DNA of 64,000 nt from Thermoanaerobaculia bacterium. Its GTDB lineage: Bacteria; Acidobacteriota; Thermoanaerobaculia; Multivoradales; JAHEKO01. The position numbers and the translations under genes were made by a program. Positions 9,347-18,953 of the stretch are shown here, one piece after another. The stretch spans positions 90,805-154,804 of the forward strand of contig CAWAET010000017.1 in the NCBI GenBank assembly GCA_963781065.1, in the 5' to 3' direction. Below the pieces are notes generated by a model. The model was not told the DNA's origin. It saw only the letters and a program-made list of their open reading frames with translations, and ran no database searches. The number at the start of each line of letters is the position of its first letter. Position 1 is the first letter of the stretch.

Positions 9347-11978
9347 GTGTGGCGACGCGGTCAGCGGCAGAACGAGCGGCGGCAGCAGCGGCGCCGCCCG
9401 GGCCGCGCGCTTGCCGGGGCGCACCGGATCCTCCTCGTGGCCCTGCTGGCGGCGACCCCGGCCGTCGCGGCGGCGGCAGCCGGCAACGAGTCCGGCGCGG
9501 CTGCCACGATCGCGGATCGGCCTCTCGCCGAGGCCCTGCGCGAGCTGCGCGCCGCGGGCCTGAATCTCCTCTACACCTCCAACGTGGTGCGGCCCGAGAT
9601 GCGGGTCGCCGGCCGGCTCGGCGCCGCGGCGCCCCGCGCCGCCCTCGACGAGCTCCTGGCGCCCCACGGGCTCGAGGCGCTCGACGGGCCCAACGAGGCG
9701 ATCGTCATCGTGCCGCGCATGGCGGCGCCGGCGACCGAGGGCGCGAGCCCCGCCGGCTCGCCCGTCATCGGCACGGTCCGATCGCATCGCGACGCGAGCC
9801 CCGGTGGCCGGCGTGAGCCTGCGCCTCGCCGAGCTGGCGCGCGCGACGATCAGCGCCGCCGACGGCAGTTTCGCGATCGCCGACGTCGCCGCCGGCTCGC
9901 ACACGCTCGAGGTGCGGCGACGCGGTTTCGTGGTCGAGCGACTCGAGGGCGTCCTGGTGGAGGCCGGCCGGCCGACCCGTATCGCCGTGTTGCTCGACCC
10001 GGCCCCGATCACCGCGGAGACCCTGGTGGTCACCCCCAGCCGCCTGTCGCTGCTGCGCAAAGAGCCGCAGACGCCGCTGGCGCTGAGCCGCGAGGAGATC
10101 TTCGCCCTGCCCCATCTGGGCGACGATCCCTTTCGCGCCCTGAGCCTGCTGCCCGGAGTCGCCGCCAACGACGTCACCGCGCAGTTCCACGTCCGCGGCG
10201 GCCGGCGGGACGAGACGCGGATCCTGCTCGACGGCCAGGAGCTGTACGACACCTTCCACCTGAAGGACTTCGACAGCGCCCTCAGCGTCGTGGCCACGAC
10301 GACGCTCGAAAGCGTCGACCTCTCCACCGGCGGCTTTCCGGTCAACCACGGCGATCGGATGAGCGGCGTGCTGGACATGACGACGGTGACCCCCACCGGG
10401 CCCCGCCGCACCAGCGTTGGTTTGAGCGTCCTCAACGCCCACCTGGGCAGCTCGGGCTCGTTTGACGACCAGCGCGGCAGCTGGCTGGGACATGTCCGGC
10501 GGGGCTCGATCGATCTCGCCAGCCGGCTGCTCGGCCCGGAGCGACCGAAGTACTGGGACGCCTTTGCCAAGCTCGACTACCAGCTCACCGCCGGCCAGAG
10601 CCTGCGTGTCAACCTGCTCCACGCCGACGACGAGCTCGAGATCAGCGAAACGGTCGGTCCCGAGTCGAAGCGGATCGAGACCAACTACCAGAGCAGCTAC
10701 GCCTGGGTGACCCATCAGGCGCTGATCGGCCGTCGACTGCTGGTCGAGACCGCGGTCTCGCGCGCCAAGGTCGGCAGGGAGCGTCGCGCCGTGGAGCTCG
10801 AGGAGGACGTGCGCTTCACGATCCTCGATCGACGGGACTTCCAGGTCCTCGGACTGCGCCAGGGCTGGAACTTCCAGCTGGCGCCGCACCACTCGCTCAA
10901 GTGGGGCCTCGAGCTGCGCGATTTCGAGACCCTCTACGACTACCGCGGCACGCGCGAGTTCGACAACCCGCTCTTCCGGCTGCGCGACGACCAGCAGGCG
11001 GCGACGTTGTTCCAGAGCCGTCTCGACGAGCGCCACGACAGCGCCTATCTCGCCGGCCGGTCGCGGCTGGGCAGCCAGCTGACCCTCGAGCTCGGGCTGC
11101 GCTGGGACCACCACTCGCTGACCCGCGAAAACCGCCTCAGCCCGCGGCTCAACCTGGCCTGGGCGGTCGGCAGCCGCAGCGTCGTGCGGGCCTCGCTGGG
11201 ACGGTTCAACCAGAGCCAGCGGCCCTACGAGCTGCAGGTCGAGGACGGCGAGACCGACTTCAGCTCGATCGAGCGCTCGGACAGCCGGGTGCTCGGCTTC
11301 GAGCACCTGTTCGCCGGCCGGCGGGCGCTGGCGCTGCGGGTCGAAGCCTACTCGCGGAAGGTCCTCAATCCCCTGCCGCGCTGGGAGAACCTCTACGAGC
11401 CGATCAACATGTTCCCGGAGGTGGAGCCGGATCGGGTGCGCGTCGCCCCCGATCGCGCCCTCGCGGAGGGAGTCGAGCTGTTCCTGCGCGGGACCTTCAA
11501 CGACCGGCTCGGCTGGTGGGTCAACTACACCTGGTCGTCGACCGAGGACGAGATCGGCGGCGATCGGTCGCCACGCCGCTTTGACCAGGCCCACGCCGTC
11601 AACCTGGATCTGGACTGGCGGATCACCGATCGCTGGACCCTCAACCTGGCCTGGAGGTACCACACCGGCTGGCCGACAACCCCATTGGGACTGGTCCCCG
11701 AGCTCGACGAGGACGGAGAGGCCGTCTTCGTGCCGGTAGCGGGCCGGCGGAACAGCACCAGACTGCCCGACTACCACCGGCTGGATCTGCGGGCCAGCCG
11801 TACCTGGACGCTGCGCACCGGCACCCTCGGCTTCTTCGTCGACGTCCAGAACGCCTACGACCGCGGCAACGTCGCCGGCTTCGACTTCATGATCGACGAG
11901 GAGCTGGGAACGCTGATGCCCAACCCCGAACAGTGGGCGGGGATCCTGCCGTCGCTGGGCCTGAGCTTCGAGTTCTAG
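9347..11978 (+). CDS. TonB-dependent outer-membrane receptor with N-terminal STN (secretin/TonB N-terminal) domain and carboxypeptidase-regulatory-like domain; apparent frameshift near 9785-9805
   Basis: Frame 2 encodes a signal peptide (ILLVALLAATPAVAAAAAG) and an STN-like segment (LAEALRELRAAGLNLLYTSNVV...). Frame 0 from about 9800 encodes ...PVAGVSLRL...DGSFAIADVAAGSHTLEV, a TonB-box/plug region and a beta-barrel ending in the terminal Phe (…LGLSFEF). The frame change is at a CCCC run. The start (GTG 9347) is uncertain. Confidence 0.7.
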
Positions 11979-11997
11979 CCGGTATTTCCGGCCGGGC

Positions 11998-13011
11998 TCA
12001 TCGGGCTTGGGTGATCAGGATCGTGCCCGGCTCCAGCCGGAAGCCCAGATCGCTGCTCCTCAGCCTCCACTCCAGCGCTTCCTCCGGGCTGAAGCCCTCG
12101 GTCGAGCCGTGCAGCTCGATCCCGGGGGCCGCCCGCGCCAGCGCCGGATCGGCCCAGCGAATCTCACGCCCCATCTCGCGGGACGCCCAATCCAGGAAGT
12201 AGCTCAGCGACCGGCCCTCGACATCGATGCTCGGTGCGGTCGCGACGACCCAGTCCCACTCGGGTCCGTAGGGCTCGATCCCGGCGCGCGTGACCGAGCC
12301 GTCGGCAAGCAGGCTGAGCTGCTCGCCGCGCGCCGCCGGATGGCGGTCGGCGCCCGCTTCGAGCGAGCACCGGCCCTCTCGCACCCGCACCCTGAGCGCG
12401 GCGTCGCCCTCGCTCAGCCGCACCTCGAACTGGGTGCCGATCTCGCGCACCGTGCCGAGCACCGTGACCACCTCGACGCCGTCGCCGATCGCCGCCGGGT
12501 CGGAGTCGACGTAGAGCGTGCCGCGCTCGAGCTCGACACGACGCGCCGAGGTCAACCGCACCCGCGTGTCGCCCGCCAGCCGCAGCGACCGGCCGCCCTC
12601 GAGGCGGAGCGCCGCTCCTGCCGGCGAGCCGTCAGCCCAGCTGCCGGTCTCCACCGAGTCGCCGGCGGTCAGCTGGCTGCCGATCGCCAAATCCACCGCC
12701 CCAGCGGTGCGGACGGATCCGGCGAGCAGCTCGACGCTGGCTACCACCGATGGGGCGACCGGAGCGGTCCGGTTCGCCCACCACCAGCCGATCGCCAGGG
12801 CCAGCAGCACGCTGGCGGCGAGCGCCAGGCCGCCACGCGCCCGCAACCCCCGGCGCCGGCGCTGCTCGCGCCCCACCATCTCGCCCCACTCGGCGCGAGC
12901 CGCCGCCTTGATCCTCGCCACCTCCTCCGGGGGGACCGGGGCCCGCGGTCCGGCGCCGGCGATCAGATCGCGCACGTCCTGCTCGTCTGCAACTCCGAAT
13001 TGCTTGTTCAT
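11998..13011 (-). CDS. FecR-family transmembrane anti-sigma factor
   Basis: Start at MNKQFG (Met156 of the ORF), giving an ATGA overlap with the sigma stop. N-terminal cytoplasmic domain, one transmembrane segment (LALAASVLLALAIGWWWA), FecR-like periplasmic domain ending ...GTILITQAR. Confidence 0.75.
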   Translation of the reverse strand: MNKQFGVADEQDVRDLIAGAGPRAPVPPEEVARIKAAARAEWGEMVGREQRRRRGLRARGGLALAASVLLALAIGWWWANRTAPVAPSVVASVELLAGSVRTAGAVDLAIGSQLTAGDSVETGSWADGSPAGAALRLEGGRSLRLAGDTRVRLTSARRVELERGTLYVDSDPAAIGDGVEVVTVLGTVREIGTQFEVRLSEGDAALRVRVREGRCSLEAGADRHPAARGEQLSLLADGSVTRAGIEPYGPEWDWVVATAPSIDVEGRSLSYFLDWASREMGREIRWADPALARAAPGIELHGSTEGFSPEEALEWRLRSSDLGFRLEPGTILITQAR

Positions 13012-13643
13012 AGCGCGGTTTCCATTCTCTGAGGTTGGAACCGAGAGATCTCGGCGGGAGGCCGGGGGGCGGCGTTGAGGCGGGCGTGGACCTGCCGAAA
13101 CGCCGCCCGAGCTCGGGTGAGAAGCGACTCGGCGGCCTTGGGCCCGACCTCGAGCCGGACGGCGATCTCGTTGACCGGCAGGTCCTGCAGGTACTTCCAC
13201 TCCAGCACCTGGCCGTAGTGCGGCGGCAGCTCGTCGAGGGCGGCGTGCACCAGACGGCGGGTCTCGTTGCGCAGCGCCGCGCTGTCGGCCATCTCGGGCG
13301 CCGCGATGCCCAGCTCGGCGGCCGAGGTCTCCTCCACCACATCGAGGTCGACCTCGCGCACCGGGCGCATCTTCTTGCGGTAGTGGCCGGCGATCTCGTT
13401 GAGACAGCAGCTGCACAGCCAGGTCATCAGCGCCGCGTCGCCGCGGAATCTCGGCAAACTGGCGATCGCCTTGCACAGCGTGGTTTGGACGATGTCGGCG
13501 ATGAGCTCACGATTGCCGTCGAGGCGCCGCGCCGCGAACCGGTAGAGCGCGGGGACATAGGTGTCGGCAAACACGTCAAACGCGGACTCGTCGCCGTCGA
13601 TCATGCGGCGGACAAACTCCCGCTCCTCTGCCCTGGGTATCAT
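13008..13643 (-). CDS. ECF sigma factor (FecI-like, cell-surface-signalling type)
   Basis: Sigma-70 region 2 (FDVFADTYVPALYRFAARRL...) and region 4 (LPVNEIAVRLEVGPKAAESLLTRARAAFRQ). GGAGG RBS upstream. Co-transcribed with the FecR-like gene. Confidence 0.8.
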   Translation of the reverse strand: MIPRAEEREFVRRMIDGDESAFDVFADTYVPALYRFAARRLDGNRELIADIVQTTLCKAIASLPRFRGDAALMTWLCSCCLNEIAGHYRKKMRPVREVDLDVVEETSAAELGIAAPEMADSAALRNETRRLVHAALDELPPHYGQVLEWKYLQDLPVNEIAVRLEVGPKAAESLLTRARAAFRQVHARLNAAPRPPAEISRFQPQRMETAL

Positions 13644-14260
13644 CGCTTCAATCCGCCTCCCCGTTCTGCATCTTGCTCGCCCGATTCTCGCTCGACTCCA
13701 GGCGGCGCTCCCGCTGCGCCTGCTCTGTTGGATGCGAGGCTATCGCCAATCCTTCGGCGACGCTGCTTCCGTCCCGCAGCGGCCGGACGGCGAAGGATTG
13801 AAGCGGCCGACGCATCGAAGATGGCGTCGGCAGCGAAGAGAGTCGCTGTGAGTCGGCAAAACGCTCTGACAAAACAGCAGACGCGATGCGAGCAACCGTG
13901 ATGCCCAGCTCTACCCGAGCCGTGAGGACGCCTGAGAGATAACGGGCTTGGGCAGCCGCAGCACAGCTGAGGAACAGCTTTGAGCATCTTCTCGGATCGG
14001 CGTTCGCTGCGACAGATCGGCGGTCTGCGCGCCTACATGCGACAGGTTTCGTGGTCGTTGCGGTGGCAGTTCGAATGGCGGCGGCGGGTCCAACGCACCC
14101 TCGCCAAGCCGCTTGCCGAGCCCGCCGCATATCCGAGCAGGCCACTTGCCAATCGGGCCCGAAAGCGCGCCGTGACGCCGCCCGCGGAACCGCGCGCCCG
14201 TCCCAGCCGCGTCGCCGGTCCCCACTGAGCACCGGCGCCGGCCCGGCACGGCCCATCGCC

Positions 14261-15536
14261 CTACTGCCGGAAGAGCGGCCCCTCGGCGGCGGCGCTGGCA
14301 TCGGCACTGGGATCGGCATTGGGATCGGCAATGGGCGGGCCGCTCAGGATGCCTTGCGTCGACATCCAGTCGCCGATCTCGACCGCGATGCGGCGGCTCA
14401 TCTCGCCGCTGTAGTGCGCCGGGTCGACATAGAGCGGCTCCTCGCTACCGGCTTGCATGTCGGCGAGCCAGAGGAATCCCCTCCCGAGCTGCCCATCGCC
14501 GGCGAGGACAGCCATTCGCTCGTAGCCGGCGCGCACGTGCGGCGGCTCCTCGGCGCCGGCGAACGGGTGATGGCGCCGGTCGTAGGCATAGAACGAGACC
14601 GGCTGCCAGACGAACAGCGCCTCCACGCCGTGGGCGGACGCGACCGCTTCGATCAGCCGCCGGTTGGCCAGGTAGACGCGGGCCGTCCGGTCCGCGACGG
14701 CTTCCTCCGGCGCCGCGAGACGACTCCTCGACCGCGGCCGGCGGCCGGCGAGCGGCGCCCGCGACCGCGCGGGCCAGCCGCATCATCGGCAACCGCGCCA
14801 GCAGCGTGGAGATCGAGCCGTCACCGTCCTCGAAACGGGACCCCAGCCTGGCGCTGAAGATCGGCAGCTTGTCGGCGATCCGGCAGTCGTTCAGGCCGTC
14901 GAGGAAGACGGCCACGTCGGGCCCGGTTCCGAAGGCCAGCTGGCGCTCGAAGAGCAGCCGCTCCTGGGTCGAGAAGTAGCCCGCGCGGCCGAAGTTGTAG
15001 ACCCGCACCGGCCGCTCGAAGCCCGACCGGCCGATCCGGTCGGCCAGGTGGCGCTGCAAGTGGGCGGCCACGGTGAGGTCGTCGGGCACGCCGTAGCCGA
15101 AAGCGGTCGAGCCGCCGTAGAGAAAGACGTTGAGGGCCTCGGGGTCCGGCGGCCAGGGGCCGGCCCCCGGGTGACGGCGAAAGCCGTGCCGGTCGATCGT
15201 CACGTAGCGGCCGGCGAAGGCCTTGACCCGGAACTGGGTGAAGGGCTCGTAGACGAAGCCGGACGAGGCGAGGTAGGTCTCTTCCCACAGCGCCCGGATC
15301 TCGTCCTGTTCGAGGCCCGGATGGACCTCAGCATGGCCCGAGAGGGTCTCCGGGGAGCGGGCCTCCCGGTGCGGCCGGGCCCGGCGGCCGTCCAGCACCC
15401 AAAAGGCCAGCCAAAGCGCCAGGTTGAGCACCACCAGAAGAAGGCAGGTGTTGAGGAATACCAGCGCCAGTGAGCCCCAGACCCGGCCCAGCCGCTCGAA
15501 CTTCCCCGTCTCTGGCCCCCCTGCCTCCGGGCTCAC
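14261..15536 (-). CDS. Membrane-anchored SGNH/GDSL-like hydrolase family protein; apparent frameshift near 14700-14720
   Basis: GTG start at Val78 of the long ORF, preceded by GAGGAGG. N-terminal transmembrane helix (LALVFLNTCLLLVVLNLALWLAFWVL), then LNVFLYGGSTAFGYGVPDD...FLDGLNDC. A second frame continues ...RTARVYLANRRLIEAVASAHGVEALFVWQPVSFYAYDRRHH... to 14261. A 12-bp tandem repeat lies at the C-terminus. Confidence 0.55.
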
Positions 15537-15829
15537 GCCTACCTGCCTCCTCAACTCCTGGTCTCCGTCGACTCGGCCGTCCTGGATATGCCCATCGTAC
15601 CCTGGCGGTCGCAGCCCCCTCCGGGGGTCGGTAGCTACCCAATGACGTGGGAGAACGGCTCCGTCAACGGGGTCGGGCGAACCGCTGGCGGGTTGCCTAG
15701 ACTGGCGTTGGAGCCGACCGCCCGCGGGAATCCGCGGCCGCCGCTCGTACGACGGGAAGAACGGCACAACTCACCGTAACGGCACGGCCTCGCAAAAGCC
15801 GGCGACCAACGGTGAAGGAGGCAGGTTTC

Positions 15830-17674
15830 ATGAGCCCGGAGAGCGTGGCATCCATCACAGCAATCTGCGACTCCTTTGGCAACGACCCGAGGCGGTTGCT
15901 GGACATCCTGCTCGGTGTCCAGGCCGAGCTCGGCCATCTCGACAACCAGGCGATCGATCGCGTCGCCGAGCAGGTGGGCGTCCCGCGGGTGCGGGTCGAC
16001 GAGCTGGTCTCGTTCTACTCCTTCCTGCAGGCCGAGCCCCGGGGCAAGGTGGTCATCCGCCTGTGCGACGACGTCATCGATCGCCTGCGCGGCGCCGATC
16101 GGGTCGGCCAGGGCATCCAGGAGGAGCTCGGGATCGGTTTTGGCGAGACCACTCCGGACGGCCTGTTCAGCCTCGAGCACGCCTCCTGCATCGGCATGAC
16201 CGACCAGTCGCCGGCGGCGCTGGTCAACGACATCGTGGTGCCCAGCCTGGGGACCAGCAAGGCCCGGCGCGGCATCCAGGTGCTCAGGGAGAAAGGGGAC
16301 TTCGACGAGCTGCAGCGGATCCTGATCCGCGACCACGGCGACGGCAACAACGCCCATCCGCTGGTGCGCTCGGCGGTGCGCAACAACCTGCGCCAGCCGG
16401 GCCCGGTGATCTTCGGCGAGTCCAAGCCGGGGGCGGCGCTGGACCGCGCCCTGGCGATGAGCCCCGCGGAAGTCATCCGCGAGCTCAAGACCGCGCGGCT
16501 GCGCGGCCGCGGCGGCGCCGGCTTTCCGACCGGGATGAAGTGGGAGTTCACCCGCGCCGCCGACAGCGACGAGCGTTACCTGATCTGCAACGCCGACGAG
16601 GGCGAGCCCGGCACGTTCAAGGACCGGCTGATCCTCACCGAGCGGCCCGAAATGCTGTTCGAGGGCATGACGGTCGGCGGCTACGCGCTCGGCGCGCGCC
16701 ACGGCATCCTCTATCTGCGCGGCGAGTACGCCTACCTGCGACCGTTCCTGGAACATCGTCTCGAGCAGCGGCGGGCATCCGGCCTGCTGGGGACCGGCAT
16801 CCGCGGCCGGCCCGGCTTCGACTTCGACATCCGTATCCAGCTGGGCGCCGGCGCCTATATCTGCGGCGAAGAGACGGCGCTGATCGCCTCGCTCGAGGGC
16901 CGGCGGGGCGATCCCAAGACGCGGCCGCCGTTCCCGGCGCAGGAGGGCTACCTGGGCAAGCCGACGTCGGTCAACAACGTCGAGACGCTGTGCTGTGTGA
17001 CGCGCATCTTGGAGATGGGCTCGGGCTGGTTCTCGTCGATGGGCACGCCGGCATCGACCGGCACCAAGCTGCTGTCGATCTCCGGCGACTGCAGCCGGCA
17101 CGGCATCTACGAGGTACCGTTCGGCGTCTCCCTGCGCGAGGTGCTGGACCTCTGCTACGCCGACGAGCCCTTCGCCGTCCAGGTCGGCGGCCCCAGCGGC
17201 CAGATGGTCGGCGTCGACGCTTTCGACCGCAAGATCTGCTTCGACGACCTGGCCACCGGCGGCGCCCTGATGGTCCTCAGACAGGGCCGCGACGTGGTGG
17301 CCATCGCCGCCGAGCACATGCGGTTCTTCGCCCACGAGAGCTGCGGCTACTGCACGCCTTGCCGCGTGGGCAACGAGCTGCTGCTCGAACGGCTGCAGAA
17401 GATCCTCGACGGCAGGGGCGAGGCGGCGGACCTCGACTATCTCGAAGAGCTGGCGCGGACGGTCAAGGCAACCAGCCGCTGCGGTCTCGGCCAGAGCTCG
17501 CCGCACCCGGTCCTGTCGACGCTCGAGAGCTTCCGCGGCGAGTTCGAGAAGCGACTGATCACGCCAAGCGACGGCCGGCTGGCCGGCTTCGACATCGAGC
17601 GGGCGCTGGCGCCGGCCCGCGAGCTGGCCGGCCGCGCCACCGACCAACCGGAACCCGGGAGCCCAGAGTCATGA
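15830..17674 (+). CDS. hoxF: NAD-reducing hydrogenase diaphorase subunit HoxF (NuoE-like N-domain fused to NuoF-like FMN/NAD/[4Fe-4S] domain)
   Basis: ATG 15830 after AAGGAGG. NuoF motifs GRGGAGFPTGMKW, GEPGTFKDR, ESCGYCTPCR. The N-terminal NuoE-like domain keeps only 2 of the 4 cluster cysteines. Confidence 0.85.
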   Translation: MSPESVASITAICDSFGNDPRRLLDILLGVQAELGHLDNQAIDRVAEQVGVPRVRVDELVSFYSFLQAEPRGKVVIRLCDDVIDRLRGADRVGQGIQEELGIGFGETTPDGLFSLEHASCIGMTDQSPAALVNDIVVPSLGTSKARRGIQVLREKGDFDELQRILIRDHGDGNNAHPLVRSAVRNNLRQPGPVIFGESKPGAALDRALAMSPAEVIRELKTARLRGRGGAGFPTGMKWEFTRAADSDERYLICNADEGEPGTFKDRLILTERPEMLFEGMTVGGYALGARHGILYLRGEYAYLRPFLEHRLEQRRASGLLGTGIRGRPGFDFDIRIQLGAGAYICGEETALIASLEGRRGDPKTRPPFPAQEGYLGKPTSVNNVETLCCVTRILEMGSGWFSSMGTPASTGTKLLSISGDCSRHGIYEVPFGVSLREVLDLCYADEPFAVQVGGPSGQMVGVDAFDRKICFDDLATGGALMVLRQGRDVVAIAAEHMRFFAHESCGYCTPCRVGNELLLERLQKILDGRGEAADLDYLEELARTVKATSRCGLGQSSPHPVLSTLESFRGEFEKRLITPSDGRLAGFDIERALAPARELAGRATDQPEPGSPES

Positions 17675-18387
17675 GCGAGCGCAAGATCGCCCTCACCATC
17701 GACGGCCGGCGGATCGAGGCCCTCGCCGGCCAGACCATTCTGGAGGCGGCGCAGGCTGCCGGCGTCTACATCCCGCGCCTGTGCTGGATGGAGGGGCTGA
17801 CCCCGGCCGGCGCCTGCCGCGTCTGCACCGTGCGGGTCAACGGCCGGACGCAGTCCGCCTGCACCCAGCCCGCGGCGCCCGGCATGATCGTCGAGAACGA
17901 CAGCGAGGAGCTCCGGGGCCTGCGCCGCGACTTGATCGACATGCTCTTCATCGAGGGCAACCACTTCTGCATGTTCTGCGAGAAGAGCGGCGCCTGCGAG
18001 CTGCAGGCGCTCGCCTACCGGTTCGGCATCGCGGCGCCCAAGTACCCGTTCCGGTTCCCGCAGCGCGAGATCGACGCCAGCCACCCGGACATCCTGATCG
18101 ACCGCAATCGGTGCATCCTGTGCAGCCGCTGCGTACGCGCCTCGGAGGAGCTCGACGGCAAGAGCGTTTTCGGCGTCGTCGGCCGCGGCATCGAGCGGCG
18201 GATCGCGGTCAACGCCGCCGCCGGTCTCGGCGACACCGACGCCGCCGCCAGCGACCGGGCGATCGACGCCTGCCCGACAGGGACGCTGCTGCGAAAGCGG
18301 GGCGGCTACACCGTGCCGGTGGGGCAACGCCAGTACGATCACCGACCGATCGGCTCCGAGATCGAGCGACCGGCGACGGCAGACTGA
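17671..18387 (+). CDS. hoxU: NAD-reducing hydrogenase iron-sulfur subunit HoxU (NuoG N-terminal-like, 2Fe-2S + 4Fe-4S)
   Basis: ATGA overlap with the hoxF stop. CRVCTV, CTQP, CMFCEKSGACELQ, CILCSRCVRA cysteine clusters. Confidence 0.85.
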   Translation: MSERKIALTIDGRRIEALAGQTILEAAQAAGVYIPRLCWMEGLTPAGACRVCTVRVNGRTQSACTQPAAPGMIVENDSEELRGLRRDLIDMLFIEGNHFCMFCEKSGACELQALAYRFGIAAPKYPFRFPQREIDASHPDILIDRNRCILCSRCVRASEELDGKSVFGVVGRGIERRIAVNAAAGLGDTDAAASDRAIDACPTGTLLRKRGGYTVPVGQRQYDHRPIGSEIERPATAD

Positions 18388-18398
18388 AGGGCGAGATC

Positions 18399-18944
18399 AT
18401 GGCCAAGGCAAAAGTCGCGACGACCTCCCTGTGTGGCTGCTTTGGCTGCCACATGTCGCTGCTCGACATCGACGAGAGGATCCTGGAGCTGGTCGAGCTG
18501 GTCGACTTCGACCGCTCGCCGATCAACGACATCAAGTCGATCCGCGGTCCGGTCGACATCGGCCTCATCGAGGGCGGCTGCGCCAACGAGGAGAACGTCC
18601 GGGTGCTCGAGGAGTTCCGCCGTCACTGCAAGGTGCTGATCTCGGTCGGCGACTGCGCGATCAACGGCGGCGTGCCGGCGCTGCGCAACATGGTGCCGCT
18701 CGAGGAGTGCTTGGACGAGGCCTTCGTCGACGGCCCGTCGGTGGTCAACCCCGGCGGCAAGGTGCCAAACGACTCAGAGATCCCGTTGCTGCTCGACCGG
18801 GTCTACCCGGCTCACGAGGTGGTCCGGATCGACTATCACCTGCCCGGTTGCCCGCCCTCGGCCGACACCCTGTGGGCGGCGCTGACGGCCCTGCTGACCG
18901 AGAAGCCGGTCGAACTGCCCTACGAGCTGGTCAAGTACGACTAG
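18399..18944 (+). CDS. hoxY: [NiFe] hydrogenase small subunit HoxY (group 3d)
   Basis: MAKAKVATTSLCGCFGCHMSLLD..., GDCAINGG..., and HLPGCPP cysteine motifs of the short group-3 small subunit. Confidence 0.85.
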   Translation: MAKAKVATTSLCGCFGCHMSLLDIDERILELVELVDFDRSPINDIKSIRGPVDIGLIEGGCANEENVRVLEEFRRHCKVLISVGDCAINGGVPALRNMVPLEECLDEAFVDGPSVVNPGGKVPNDSEIPLLLDRVYPAHEVVRIDYHLPGCPPSADTLWAALTALLTEKPVELPYELVKYD

Positions 18945-18953
18945 GAGAGCGCG

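Noticed and set aside
16063-18387. 774-aa + strand ORF spanning hoxF/hoxU
   Set aside because: Only the last 238 codons (from ATG 17671, HoxU) are protein-like. The upstream part is an out-of-frame read-through of hoxF.
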